A stretch of DNA of 64,000 bases, from the NCBI GenBank assembly GCA_946965045.2, contig OX337229.1, positions 1,860,001 to 1,924,000 of the forward strand, given 5' to 3'. Shown one piece after another: positions 40,904 to 53,409 of the stretch (the stretch's first letter is position 1; every line of letters starts with the position of its first letter). The translations under genes and the position numbers were made by a program. The notes beneath the pieces are model-generated. The model ran no database searches. It was not told where the DNA came from and saw nothing but the letters and a program-made list of their open reading frames with translations. The stretch comes from Epithemia pelagica (taxonomy: Eukaryota > Protista > Bacillariophyta).

Positions 40904-43900
40904 TTACAAGTGAAAGGCCGCAAGTCCTTCCGGTTGCTCTTTGTTGGTCTTTTTCTTTTGTCGTTCGACTTGAGACCGAGTGACCAGCTTTTCTAGTAAT
41001 GCCGGTACAGCCGATTGCTTGGTCTTGGTATGCAACAAGGATTCACTCTCGGTTGCTCTTCCAAAAATACCAGCGGCCGCGCCCAAACTGTCGCCACCTC
41101 CACCTGAAGCCTGTAGCATAGTTTTGACACTGTCGGATGCGACGCGAAGTACGTCGCGTATCGCATCTCTTTGATCCTTGGCGGAACGTTTGGTACGAAG
41201 CGATTCTTCCAGTTGTTCCACCATTTGAGGGCCGACACCGGGAATGTCGGCCAAGATCTGACGAGGTAGTTGAGAGGCATACTGGAGTATTCCTCCACCG
41301 TGCAAAGGATCGTCTACGGTCTTGGCCTGTTCATACTGGTCCTTGACCTGTCCCAAACTGGGTTGTTGCACTCCAGGTCCTTGACCACCAAATAGCAAAA
41401 TCTGGCCCAGGACAAGGCGACAGTAAATGTCTCGCACAACATTGATCATGGACCACTCCAAGCCAACCATCCACTTTGGTTCGGTCGCAATATTCTTGAC
41501 TACCTGACTAAACATTTGCCGGGCGAGTAAATCGGTGTAGTGTGGAGCAAATGCAACTGTTTCCAAAATTCGATGACAAATCTTTGTTAATCGTCGGACC
41601 GTGTATTCATCGGGGTAACCCAGTGATTGGATGACGGTTAGCGTGAGATTGCCAGCAATTCCCTCATCTTCCAACAACAAGAAATGACACAATCCATTGA
41701 TACGCAAGAGCTTCCGCGCATCAATGGATGCTTGGTGCTCGCTCTTTGGAGTCCCATCCGCATTAACCTCCTTGCCATCAGTATTCACATTCACTTGACT
41801 TTTTGGTCCCGTAAAGAGGTTTGACGAATCATGTCTCCGGGCCGCTTGTTCTTCTTTTGCTCGATTGGCCAGAACGAGCGCCCAATCTCCCTTGAGAGCA
41901 AGGGCCGATTGCAGAACATCACTAAAGACTCGGCTCAAGTCCACGCGGTATTTCTCAACAGCTGCATCGGCTGTGACCTTGTCCAGGTCTCCAACAAACA
42001 AACCACAATGGGAATAATACCATGCATACCAACCACTGGAAAGAGCCAGGTCGGCCGCTTGTACACAGTCGGCGGACGTCAACGCACCCGTAGCTGTTTC
42101 CGACGTGGTTCTGGCCAATTGATTTCCCTGCGGTGGGTAGGCTGCCAAAAGGGGCGACCAGGTGAATTCCAAACGATATCTGGTAGAAAGAACAACAGAT
42201 GATAGTATAAATTTGTGAGAGAGGCTGCACAATTGTTGAGAACTGGGTCCTTTCTATATCAGTTGACACGTACCGTATATGTGCAAAAATGGGACCAATA
42301 ATGGGTCCCAAGTGAGTTGCATACAGTGTCGACGGACAACTGACAAGCAACAGTTCACAAACATTTTTCAGGTATTGTGAAAAGTGTCGATGTTCCATGG
42401 CCTTGAGATTCTCATCATTGACCATAGCCGCCACCAATGCGGGGTACATATCACGGAGCTCTGGAGCAAACAAGGCCCGACTTGTCGCTAATAAACCAAA
42501 CATTTGAAAGCACGTGTTTCTCAATTCATTGAGCCAGCCACTCCATTTGGGCACCAAATTCGTGTCTCGTCGATCCGTGCCACGCACGACGCTACCAGCC
42601 GTCCCGCCTTCCCCAAAGACTCCTCCAGACGCTTTGTCGTGGTTTTTGGATATGTAGGCTTCGTCATCGGAAATCGCCAGAGCATATCGTTGCATTGAAT
42701 TGCGAAGAAGTCGGGCCTGATGTTCTGGTCTCCAAATGGAAAGGACGGCATTGGTCAACGATATGAGGGATGGCAATATTTGCGGCCACAGGGGACAAAA
42801 GGGATCCAAAACGGCCAAATCTTGCAAACTCACTGGACCTTCATCGACAAACATATGAGGGCCACTACTTCCCGGCACGGATGGTCGGCCAATTCCGGCT
42901 CCTCGTTTTCGTGCCGCTTCATTGCAGCGTTTGCCAACCGACAAGAGTCGATTCAAAGCGGTAAAGCAGGTATTGTAAGAACGGGTCACGGCGCGAACAT
43001 GATCCGCATTGGTCGCATTTTGTGGGTTTTCGCCCACGAGGGTAATACCCAAGGCGCCCATGAGTGCCTCAGTGGAAGCAATTTGTTGTTGGACCTGTGT
43101 CGACTGGAGGGTTTCCAACGGATTGGCCAACACGGAAGCAATGAATCCGGCTCGTGCGACAGGATCCTCCACGGCGCTGGCGACACACGTTAAGAATTCG
43201 TACAATTGCATTTGATTCAATGGAATCAATCCAGGTGACGACAAGAGCGAACTCGTGGCCGTACTCAGCTCGGTCAACCAGGGCACTAAATGTTCTGGTA
43301 CATGTTTCGCAATCGCCACCAAGGAAACACCGGATTTCTTTTTGAGGCCAATAGTTTCACCACTCATTCTAGCAAGGCCATCCATTGTTGTGTTGTTATT
43401 GGTGTTGGAATTTGGCACATTCCATTCATCCGCCAAACCAATGTACCGGATCAAGGAATCTACACCTTGTAACAAGGTAGAGGGTTCGTATTTCCAATAG
43501 TACTTGAGACATTCCAAAAGAGAGGCTCGTCGGAATCGCAACCACAGGTATTCGGGATTCCAGGACACGAGTTTTTGACAAAACTCGGCCAATGCCGCAC
43601 GAGTTCGATTCCGAATCTGTACATAGTCGGACTGGTCTTTGGGTGGACTGTTTTGATCATCCAGGGTCCATGGTGGAATGCCTGTCCACAAACAACAATA
43701 TAGAGTAGAAACAAATGAAACATGACAAGAACAAAGCAAGAATCGCCGTCAATCCACAAGCATGGTTGGACAATAGTTCGCTGGCGCTCGAGACCATGAC
43801 CGCCCGAGCGAAGCCATATATGCGTGCGCAGATTGTTTCAATGTTTCTGGTACGTACCGGCCAAGATACTTTCAAAGGGTTGCGAAAGGGCTTCAAAATG

Positions 43901-45751
43901 GACGACTGCCGGAGACAATTGCATCAATTGATGATGTCCTGGTGGTGCGGTGCCACTCCCATGTTGGGCCAAACAGGTTTGGAATCGTTCCTTCATGGTT
44001 TCGGCCGCAATGGCCGGTGCGACATGACCCAGGAGTTTGAACAAGAGACTGGACCGCGATCGCAAATCGGCCATCCAATTATCATAGTCTTCTTCATCGT
44101 CAAAACTGGCTTGCAAGACCTTGTATTGGACATGGGTTTCGTCTTCCACCTCATTCCATTGCACCTTGACCAATTGATTCATGTAACTGATCAAAATGGC
44201 ATTGACATAGGGTGGCAAAAGAGGCGATCGGGCGATTTGGGGATCTCGTAACAACATGGACCACAAGGTAATTTGTTCCGATCCAATCCGTCCCGATGGA
44301 TGTTGTAGTAATTCGACTAGCAGCCGTACTAGATTGGTGAGACTGGCATAATCACCTCCCTTCCCCTCCAAGGTAGCCTTTTTGTGTGTAATGTGCATAA
44401 TGTGGGAGGATAATATACTGGAAAGCATTTTGGACAAGGCTCGATAAAAGCCCAATTGAGAGGCCAAGGACTCGTCGTCGCTCGTGTTGTTGTTGTTGGT
44501 TGTCGCGGGTCGTGATAGACCTCCGCGTTGTTGTTGTGGTTCCGTGACGAGTCGTTGTGTGGCTTGTTGTTCGTAATGGGAGGCTGCCACTCCCTGTGCT
44601 TCTTGAATGGCAGACGGTACTTGAACCAAGAGTCTCATCCATTGTGTGTAATCCAATTTGCCTCGCAAGGCCAATTCTTGTAGGCATTCAGCAGCCCGTA
44701 CTTGAATATCACATTCCGGTTCTCGTAACAAGTGCAACAAGGCCGCCACAAAGTCGGGACTCGCAGGAGTTGTGTGATTGGTAGTTGTCGTAGTGCCACT
44801 GTCTTGTCCTCCAGACCCCAAGATCCATGCGGTAGGCATGGAGGTACAAAAATGAGCTAGAGTGACCAAGGCATCGGCAATGACTTGTCCCACAACTCTG
44901 CGTCGTTGCACTTGCGATTGATAGTGGGTGCGTTCTTCCACCGTCATGGTGGCCAAGCTTCGCTGTTGCTGCAACAAAAAGGTATGCATGGAATGCAACG
45001 TGGCCTTGGTCTGTTGCAATTGAGGGACGTAGTGTTCCAACAAGTGAAACAAGGGTGTCAAAAATTCCGGCGACACTTCATTGAGTCCAATCAAGACATC
45101 GTTGCGTCGTTGGGTACTAATATTGGCATTGTAATCGGAATCGGTACAATCTTCGGCAATCAACTTCAAACATTCCAAACAAATGGAGACACCCCCCAAA
45201 ATGGGAGGCGGCGTGTTGGATGATGTTGTTGGTGTGTCGTCGTACCACAAACCGCCTGCCGAATAGGGACGAAACAAATCCGAAACAAAGGTTTGCCATC
45301 GTTGCGGAAAATCTCGAATGGCCAATCCTTGTAGAATCGCCGCCACTTTTTTGGACAAGCCACGATATTGCTGCGTGTTATTCTCAAGGGATTGGTCTTG
45401 TTGTTGTGCGGCGAGATTGCGTGCCGCTTGCAAAATGGAATTCCGCAAATGGACACGATCCGAGTCTTGGGTCAGTTGATGGTAGCCTCCGTGTTGTAAA
45501 AAGTCGGAAATCAATTCCAAGGCCAAGAGTTTGGTTTGAGTGGAAATGTCATGACCTTGATAGGTCAACAAGGAATCGGAAGCCAAAAGCCATTGGAGTG
45601 CCAAGGGAATGCGTCCTTCGTAACGCTTCAGTTCGTCCAAGATTTGATAGGCCGCTTGTCGATCGGCCGTCGTAAACGAAGGAGATGCAATGGACGAAAG
45701 GGCAATGGCCCGAAAAATCGACTCTTGTTGTTGTTGTTGTTGTGGGTCCAT
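40904..45751 (-). CDS. XPO5: Exportin-5 / Msn5-like importin-beta family protein; 3 exons
   Basis: RQAAYQILDELK, AIRDFPQRWQTF, LKLIAEDC, QRRNDVLIGL, NLKAMEHRH, helical repeats. Three ORFs joined by GTACGT..AG introns at ~43854-43685 and ~42273-42182. Confidence 0.85.
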
Positions 45752-46311
45752 GATGGAGTCTCATTTACCAACAAGACGACTCAACCACAAGAGGGATGAT
45801 CCAGGTGTAGTGAGGAGGACAGGATTCCACTAGAATCACTATGCCTCCCACGTCGTCTACCGGATCTTTTCTCGTTGTTCTTGTCTTGTGACTATTGTGC
45901 AGGCGTGATTGGCGTCGCACTTCTGTTCTTCCTCCACTAACTAACTGCTTATCAGATCTCTCTTGATAGTATGAGCTTCTTTCTGTCGGAACCCTATGGG
46001 TGGTAGGTTTGCCTTGGCTTTGGTTGTTGGGTTGTTCTTGTCGTCGCTCGTCCCGTTGTTGTGTTGCGTCTCGATTTTGGGGTGTGTACGTTTGGATTTG
46101 GGGGCCAGAATCCCCTATCACTCTCTTCGTGCCCCTCGATGAAACGGGGCCTACCTCCTCCGACGGACGAGGTCGCGCATACTGTGCGTGCCGACCCCAT
46201 CGCGACAAAAGAGTTTTTTTGACTCTTCAGACGAGCATTGGTCGTTCTGTTTGTTGCGGTCTCGATTCTCTATTATTTCTATGGACTGATATTCCGACTG
46301 ATATATATACC

Positions 46312-47883
46312 ATGGTGTCGAGACGGTCTGCTGTCTTGGCGGGGACGGTACTAGCTGCTGTCTTCCTTTCCATTGTCTCTGCGCTGCAGGCTACCCAAAA
46401 GGGCTTTGTCATGGGTGATGTTGAATTTGCTTCGTCGTCGACACAGCAGTTGGATAAACGAATGTCGTATGGGGAATTACTATTTTCGTCGCAGTCGTCA
46501 TCATCATCATTCTCACAGCCGCCACAACCAAAAGCCGGTATGGTTGCAGAACTACTGGATCCTGTCGCAGCCTTTCAAGAATGGAAACGTCACCATTCTG
46601 TGCAAGCGATTCAGGACAATCCACACAATCGGTCGTACATTGTGGCTGGATATTCCTGTCCACGTCAAGTGGGCGTACAACTGAATGATTTTCTCAATGG
46701 CTTGTTGCAAGCTGTGGTGACCAATCGGACCTTTTTGTATACCTACACCAACTTTGGCCATTGGTGGAAGAAGGGTGTGAATACACCTGCCATTTGTGAC
46801 CGTCTATTGCTTCGAGGGGAATGGATGCCGCATTACGAAACGATTCGAGATGCCTACCAGTTGGAACCAAAAGTTGCCTTTCGCAATCCATCCAATGCCT
46901 ATGATGCACACAACAAATCCGTCCTGTTGGAACGTGTGGATAAAGGATTATCACTCTTTGATACTGCGATTCAGCACCATCCAGTCCTCGAACCTCCAAG
47001 GATGTGGGCTACGGCAGCGCACACAGAGGTTTGGTTAGGTTTGCTTCTTTTAACCGACAAGTATGCATCGGCATATGTTGGATCCGCCTATGGAATTGAA
47101 AATTTGGCGGAATCAGAGATTGTGAAACGATTGTACAGTGAAGGACCGTCGTTTCTATATGGTATGTTGCTATCGGAAAGCTTTCAATTTACCTCGGAAC
47201 TCGTACAAACGGTACAGGGAGACATCCGGATAGCACCTTCACCAGAAAATGAAGTGAGTATTGCGGTACATTCCCGACTTATCAAGATTGAACAGGATGG
47301 ATCCGATGTAACTGAGGAGGTTCAGTGTTTGGATGATATTCTGGCCGTCGTAAGGCTCCGGCGTCGTGGATTGTTCCGGAAACTACTTGGAGCAGAAGGA
47401 ACAAAGACGGCATCACTTCCCTGTTCGGTATACATCATGTCGGATCGTGAATTGACCTTTGAGGGATTTGCCAAGGCTTCACAGGTACGGGGATGTCATG
47501 TGGTGACCGTGACGGATCGCGGTCCCGCCCAACAACGCGTCAATGACACCTCCAAAACGGCCGAACATGGTCCATTTGCTGGAGTGGGGTACTTTCAGGA
47601 TTTGATTGTAGCATCCCAAGCTCGATCCGCCATCATTAGTCGAGGTCGGAGTTCTTCGGCCTTGCTGGATGAAATGATTGAATACAGACGTTGTTCGGAA
47701 GCATGGGAACAAGGACACAAACGATTGCCCGATCCAATTATTCGATGCAGTATTGGACGGAGAATTCCCGAAATACGGCGACGAGAAAAACAAAAAAAGA
47801 TTGTCCGCAAAATTGTACTATGGTCATTCTTTATTCTTGCCCTTATTGTGACGTTCGTGTTGGGCAAGAAACAACTCAATTGA
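46312..47883 (+). CDS. Glycosyltransferase-like protein (fucosyltransferase-type motifs)
   Basis: YSCPRQVGVQLNDFLNGLLQAVVTNRTF, SIAVHSR, VYIMSDR, DLIVASQARSAII..SSSALL recall GT-B fucosyltransferase motifs. N-terminal signal anchor from Met 46312. Confidence 0.6.
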   Translation: MVSRRSAVLAGTVLAAVFLSIVSALQATQKGFVMGDVEFASSSTQQLDKRMSYGELLFSSQSSSSSFSQPPQPKAGMVAELLDPVAAFQEWKRHHSVQAIQDNPHNRSYIVAGYSCPRQVGVQLNDFLNGLLQAVVTNRTFLYTYTNFGHWWKKGVNTPAICDRLLLRGEWMPHYETIRDAYQLEPKVAFRNPSNAYDAHNKSVLLERVDKGLSLFDTAIQHHPVLEPPRMWATAAHTEVWLGLLLLTDKYASAYVGSAYGIENLAESEIVKRLYSEGPSFLYGMLLSESFQFTSELVQTVQGDIRIAPSPENEVSIAVHSRLIKIEQDGSDVTEEVQCLDDILAVVRLRRRGLFRKLLGAEGTKTASLPCSVYIMSDRELTFEGFAKASQVRGCHVVTVTDRGPAQQRVNDTSKTAEHGPFAGVGYFQDLIVASQARSAIISRGRSSSALLDEMIEYRRCSEAWEQGHKRLPDPIIRCSIGRRIPEIRRREKQKKIVRKIVLWSFFILALIVTFVLGKKQLN

Positions 47884-48123
47884 GACAGAATCCATGTTTT
47901 ACTGGAAAAAAGTTTGTGGCCAATGAGCCCGTTCCAGACAACAATACCACCCATGTCATTCAGTTGCACAGTCTTTCGTCGGAACTCCCGTAGTTGGACG
48001 GGGATGGAGATGACGATGGAATTCTTGTGGGCTGGGAACTCGGAGTCTTGGTGGGAACTTGTGCTAGTTGTCTCGTTGGTATGTCTCGCCTCATCCAAAT
48101 CCTTGTACCAGACTGGTCAAAGA

Positions 48124-48436
48124 GCGATGAGATTGGCTTGGTCCGCGCAGCCCCCTTCATGGCCCATGATTTGTGTCGTGAACGATCCGGCGAATACACC
48201 TGCGACTAACCACGGACAAAGACAGAGATTCTCAAAGATGTTTTACCAATGTACAAGGACACCAATGATACAACCATTGATGTTACTGATGGGTACCCCA
48301 CAAAGGAAGATTTGTATTGGTCAGAGGAGCGTGAATCGTCGGAAAGTGTCATTCAGCGATGCATTGCTTTTATGCTTTATCTACAGTGGTTGGCCAGTCG
48401 ACCGGAATGAGAAGTGGCGGTGGTGACGCACAGTAG
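48124..48436 (+). pseudogene. Decayed histidine-phosphatase/phosphoglycerate-mutase-like gene remnant
   Basis: FMAHDLCRERSGEYTCD* and ESSESVIQRC...LQWLASRPE*EVAVVTHS match the CRE...CD and RPE..IAVVTHS motifs of this family but contain in-frame stops. Confidence 0.6.
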
Positions 48437-48817
48437 GTAGTTGGTTGAAACACTAATTGTTTCGCCATGACTTTGGACCAACGGCTCAATTTGGTGGTCC
48501 TATGTTCGTGTGAGTCATTTCGACGCCCTTATCTTTGATGTACCTAGATACTCCTAGCGCACTACCCCAGGTAGGTAGCATCATCATGGTAGCAAGCTTT
48601 GATCAAAGCGGTCGCGAATACTGTGCATGACGATTCCTGCCCGTCGACCGAGACCAATTGTGGTTCCGGATTTCCGGATCTTCGCCTCGACCACCCATCA
48701 ACATCAACACGCAGCCTGTGGATGGAGTCTGTGTATCTATATCGATCAATGCAGAATCTTTGTCAAGGTCGTTTTCCCCCAAGGAGTCCTATTGTTTTTC
48801 CCAGAATCTCCAAGGCC

Positions 48818-49462
48818 ATGACCACAGCATCGACACGAACGACACGTGGTCGTCGTTGTGCTGGTTTGGTCACTGGAATGGTATGGTGCTTGTTGCTGGT
48901 CTCGTTGTCGTCTCCTCGATTCTTTTTGGTTCAAGGATGGACGTCTCCCATGATACAATCCAACAACCAACACGGGATGTTCCGACACCTTGTTGTTGTT
49001 GCTCCACAGTATTCTCCACAACCCAAAGTACCAAGCCCATCTCTCCACAACAGGAACAGTAGTCCTTTGGTGTTGCAACAGAGTTCCAATCCCAGCGACA
49101 ACAAAGACGACGACGACTCGGCTGCCATGGAACGTGCATGGCGTCATGCCAAAAAGCCCTTGCTCAGTATTGGGAGCAAGGGTGCAACCTTGACCCATGG
49201 CAATTCCTTGAAAGAATTGTTGGAACAACATACGGTCGTCAAGGTCAAGGTGAATACCGTCACCTTTGACAATTCCCTGCAAAAGGCATTTGAGGTCTTG
49301 TGTGAATTGACGGGGGCCAATGGAGGGCCGTCCGATATGGAATGTTTGCAAGCTCGATCCTCCAGTAATATTCTCTTGGTAGCCCAACCCGGAACTCGAC
49401 AACGTATCCTTCAAGGGGATTTTCCTCCCCCTCCACCCCCACCACCACCACCCACTGCATGA
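48818..49462 (+). CDS. CRS1/YhbY (CRM) domain RNA-binding protein, probably plastid-targeted
   Basis: KKPLLSIGSKGATLTHGNSLKELLEQHTVVKVKVN matches the CRM pattern. Signal peptide ending VQG|W. Confidence 0.82.
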   Translation: MTTASTRTTRGRRCAGLVTGMVWCLLLVSLSSPRFFLVQGWTSPMIQSNNQHGMFRHLVVVAPQYSPQPKVPSPSLHNRNSSPLVLQQSSNPSDNKDDDDSAAMERAWRHAKKPLLSIGSKGATLTHGNSLKELLEQHTVVKVKVNTVTFDNSLQKAFEVLCELTGANGGPSDMECLQARSSSNILLVAQPGTRQRILQGDFPPPPPPPPPPTA

Positions 49463-49467
49463 GCATC

Positions 49468-50313
49468 CGTTGCACAATGTGAAGATGAGAATTCCTGGGC
49501 ATTCCAGCACCGCTTTTTGACAAACAATACTTTGCAGAGCAAAAGCTTGTTGTAACAATGAAGGAACATTACCAATCTACCTATGCATGTACAGTTACTG
49601 TTAACACAAGAAAATTGCTGACCATGGCAGCCTCACGTTCGCTCTATGTTCTAGATGGGCTTCTACTAGGTAGTAAGATGGATGGATAGTTCTCTTTGTG
49701 TTTGTACAGTGTCGACCAGGGGTCGAGGAGTCCCTTTGGATTTGGACTAGGACGCCCCGTACAAGAAGGAATGGACAGTTTCGGCCACACGGGGTGCCGA
49801 TTCGGGATCGGCATGAAAATGATGCGATCCGGGGAGGGTCGTATACACTTGTGGTTGCAGCAATGTCAAACATGTTTCCATCTTGTCCGCGTCAAAGGGC
49901 CATCCATGATCGGCCAGTACCAGAGCCGTGGGACAGTTAATGTCGGCATACAAGGCTTGGGTTTGTTCCCAGGACAAAAATTGACCCGAGGGCCATTGCA
50001 ATCGGGGATCATGACAAAACGAAAATCCAGTCGTCATGCCGGTGGACGGGTCATTGTCGTCATCGTCCAGTTCGGGTTTTCGGTTGGCAGTGTCGTGGGA
50101 GGGTTGTTTGGCCTTGTCGCTGTCTGTTTGGGAGTGGAGTGGGACGAGGATCGTGCCACGCAGAACAAGTTCAGTCGCAGCCGGTGTACTCAACCATTGA
50201 TTGCCGGGAAAGGCTTTCGCCGTTTGACATCGTTGAGCGACGGCTCTTTCCAAGGTTGGATAGACGCGGGGAGGTCGAGGACGATAATACGGAGAGGCAT
50301 GTGCATTGCCCGT
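49468..50313 (-). pseudogene. ~845-bp partial duplicate of the 3' end and downstream region of the hydrolase gene (source 53136-53982)
   Basis: Collinear, highly similar sequence from CGTTGCACAA to CATTGCCCGT; encodes only the last ~190 aa, with no start of the gene. Confidence 0.95.
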
Positions 50314-51122
50314 TCATTTGATCATTTGCTGTATTATTGTGAATTGCCCATCCAGCGTGCGGTTCCGTTGGCCCTGGCAACGTTGTACATTTCCAACCCT
50401 GAGTTCTCTGTCATTGACCTGCTATCTCGTCTGTCACACGATCCGGATGCCCAACTCGCGCAGAATGCGATCCTAGGCTTGGGCATTGCCAATGCCGGTA
50501 CCAATAATTCTCGTGTCGCTGGTTTGTTCCGTCAATTGAGTGAATTTGATGCCAAGGATACCGGACATATATTCTGCGTCAGACTGGCCCAGGGCTTCTT
50601 GCACATGGGCAAGGGACTAATGACATTGAGTCCCTTCCACTCCGATCGCATGCTGCTGAATGGTTCGGCTCTTGGTGGTATGCTTGTCTTGTTGCACTCC
50701 TGTTTGGATTTAAAGAAAACTGTGCTCGACAAGAGTCATTGCCTTTTGTATTACCTCACCTTTGCCATGCATCCTCGTATGCTTATTACAGTTTCGTACA
50801 ACGATGCACCAGTCCCAGGCGCTGATGGCGAGAATCCGGTAGAGCCTGAAGTGGACGATGTTGTCATGGAATGGCGCCCTGGCACGGTTCGCGTTGGTCA
50901 ACATTGGAGACAGTTGGGCAGGCAGGAAAGCCTCGACGCATCACTGGCTTCCAAACGCATACTTCGCCGGTTCTCTTGGCTACCACAGATCGTGCGGAAC
51001 TGGGTACCGAGGAAGTGGTGGCGGCGAGTGGTAGTACCAGTCCTGTGTTGGAGGGTATCGTAATTGTCAAGGACAACCCGGACTTCGTAACATCGGTTGA
51101 CGATGAGAAGGATAGGAAATGA
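50311..51122 (+). pseudogene. RPN1: 5'-truncated fragment of 26S proteasome subunit RPN1/PSMD2 with a frameshift
   Basis: FDHLL.Y.E..IQRAVPLALA, LSRLSHD, AGTNNSRVAGL, VRLAQG.LHMGKG..TLSPFHSDR, AMHPRML, VRVGQ, then a -1 shift at ~50902 to [25 protein letters not shown]...RAEL.TEE...LEGIVI. Confidence 0.93.
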
Positions 51123-51386
51123 AGACAAGATAACCAGGTCATTGAGATAGTTTAAAACTGAATAAAGACGCAAACCACTTGAAACTATTAATGATGAATG
51201 ATGACTTACGACTGAATATGGAGTGGCCTGGATTAGGGGGAGGAGATCTGCATGTGGTATTTCCAAGGTAGTGTATAAACCTTGCAATGGGAGTCAGATT
51301 CCAAATGAACCAAAGTACCTGACTATGACAGTGAACACCGCGGTCGCAAGCGCCTGGAGCATGATGCACAGCACTCGCGAACGGTT

Positions 51387-52865
51387 CTACGTTGTCCTTG
51401 GTTGTCTTTGCCAGATTGCACTAATTTCATCCAAGATCTCTTCCGGTGGATCCGAGTCATTCGAATGCAAGAACGACGGCCCCAACTCCTGACGAAGCTT
51501 TTCCTTGTCAACCGTCACCCCGAATGAATGGACAAAAGTGGCGATGTCTGCCACGAATGCATCTTCTCTGTAATCCATGGATTCTTCTTTTAGGTCTTCT
51601 AATGTGCGTAGATCAATCCAACGGCATGTGTCGTCTCCAACCATAATTGCATTTGGCCATCTGCTGTCTCGATGAGCGAAGCCCGCACGATGGAGTTTGC
51701 GAAGGGAGCAGAGCGCGGCGGAAATATGTCCCTTCTGTCGTTGAAGTGGTCTTCCTATAGGAGCAATCAGAAGCCCTGCATACTTTTCATCGAAGCGGAT
51801 GCAGCTTTTAACGAGGCATGAGGTAACGTTAGCCGATCGCAAGCGCTCTTTATGAAGTTTCATCTCGGCAATTTCACTATTTGCATTGTTCACATCTCCG
51901 ATGGACACTTTCAGCACCATGGCATCGCCATCTCGCAATACACGGAAAACCCTGCCACTGGAGCCATAGCCCAGAAAACAATCATGTCTTTCTGATGGAT
52001 CTGCCAATTCCACTTCAAACTTTGTGCACAATTTTGTGATAGCATCTTTCCAGATCCTTTTTCGTGGCGTTTGCCACAATCTCCCACTGGCAAAGAGATG
52101 GAGTGCGTGCTTGGAACAGGGACTATCCCAACCTGACTCGTAAATAAATCGAGCATCTCCATTAAAGCATCGAACAAGATGAAATCCAGCTTCGTTTGCA
52201 ACGAATATATCGGTTGTCTTTGTTGAATCTTGCAACTGACGGTCGGAGACAAAGCTTGAATTGATTCGGCGATGATATTCGATGCCTTCTCCAAGTCCCT
52301 GGTTGAAGTTCTCTCCGACTTTCCATTTAGAAATAAACTCGATAGAATCTCGTAGAACCCAATTTGCTAGACGTCCAAAATTGGTATCACCACGATTTTG
52401 ATACGGCTCGTCGCCCCTCGCTACGCGCAGCGATGCCAATTCGGCGGCAATTCCAACTCCATCCGTCTTAGACGGCGCTCCACGATGAGGGCAAAGCACC
52501 CATGGGTGCCTTTCCGTGTTTAGAAGAATCATTTTGAACCCAACATCAGTGCTGACCGTGTCCATGAGACGTCGAAAATGAGGCTGAAACCATTTTACCA
52601 GGTCTGATTTGTTTGAAAACGATGTTTGGCGAAGCTCCGTCATTTCATCTGTATTCAAGAAGGGTTCCACATTAGCATCAGGAAAAGTTTCTTTGGAGAC
52701 TGTGGAGCACCCGTTGAACGTTGAAATTGTCTCTCTGGCAAGTGCACCCAAGGTTGTGGGAGTCGGCGATGGATCTGATGCGCCCCCCGAGATACCACGT
52801 GACATGAGGAGATCCACCTGCAGCGACAGGCTATCCAACTTGCGGAGGATTTCATTCAATTCCAT
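51387..52865 (-). CDS. Crinkler-type protein: REase-like domain plus C-terminal protein kinase-like domain; intronless
   Basis: Kinase motifs FLGYGSSGRVF, VLKV, LLIAPIG, AHRDSRWPN, WIDL. Upstream SKTDG...LRDSIEFISKWKVG...GEGIEY resembles CR-associated REase folds (recall-based). Confidence 0.72.
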   Translation of the reverse strand: MELNEILRKLDSLSLQVDLLMSRGISGGASDPSPTPTTLGALARETISTFNGCSTVSKETFPDANVEPFLNTDEMTELRQTSFSNKSDLVKWFQPHFRRLMDTVSTDVGFKMILLNTERHPWVLCPHRGAPSKTDGVGIAAELASLRVARGDEPYQNRGDTNFGRLANWVLRDSIEFISKWKVGENFNQGLGEGIEYHRRINSSFVSDRQLQDSTKTTDIFVANEAGFHLVRCFNGDARFIYESGWDSPCSKHALHLFASGRLWQTPRKRIWKDAITKLCTKFEVELADPSERHDCFLGYGSSGRVFRVLRDGDAMVLKVSIGDVNNANSEIAEMKLHKERLRSANVTSCLVKSCIRFDEKYAGLLIAPIGRPLQRQKGHISAALCSLRKLHRAGFAHRDSRWPNAIMVGDDTCRWIDLRTLEDLKEESMDYREDAFVADIATFVHSFGVTVDKEKLRQELGPSFLHSNDSDPPEEILDEISAIWQRQPRTT

Positions 52866-53409
52866 CAGATTCCTCTCTGCACAACAGCGGGGCCTGTTAG
52901 TTGTAATCAATTGTCACACAGAAAGTGCACATGATACCAATTGCATATTCAACAGCAGTCACCTACGTCGATCGTCGATAGAGCAAAGCCCTTTGTCTCA
53001 ACCAAACCCTGAAAGGTGTCTGCAAATTGTCTTTGTAAGTGTGTCATAGAAATTATTGTATAACATCTGTCGCAATTGATTACATCAAAACTTGAAATAG
53101 ATTCCTACGACAACAGTGAATTTTGAATTTTAAATCGTTGCACAACGTGATGAGAATTCCTGTGCATTCCAGCACCGCTTTTCGACAAATAATACTTTGC
53201 AGACAAAAAGCTTGTTGTAACAATGAAGGAACATTGCCAATCTACCTATGCATGTACAGTTACTGTTAACACTAGATTTTGCTGACCATGGCAGCCTCGC
53301 GTTCGCTCTATGTTCTAGATGGGTTCTCTACTAGGTAGTAGGATGGATGGATCGTTGTTTGTGTTTGTACAGTGTCGACAAGGGGTCGAGGAGTCCCTTT
53401 GGATTTGGA

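Noticed and set aside
46000-46311. N-terminal extension of the glycosyltransferase-like ORF
   Set aside because: Starts at a non-ATG codon in the divergent promoter region; Met 46312 directly precedes the signal anchor.
49696-51063. 455-aa plus-strand ORF that looks like a novel fusion protein
   Set aside because: Its first half is the antisense frame of the duplicated hydrolase end and its second half is the RPN1 fragment; it begins at a non-ATG codon and is a by-product of the rearrangement.
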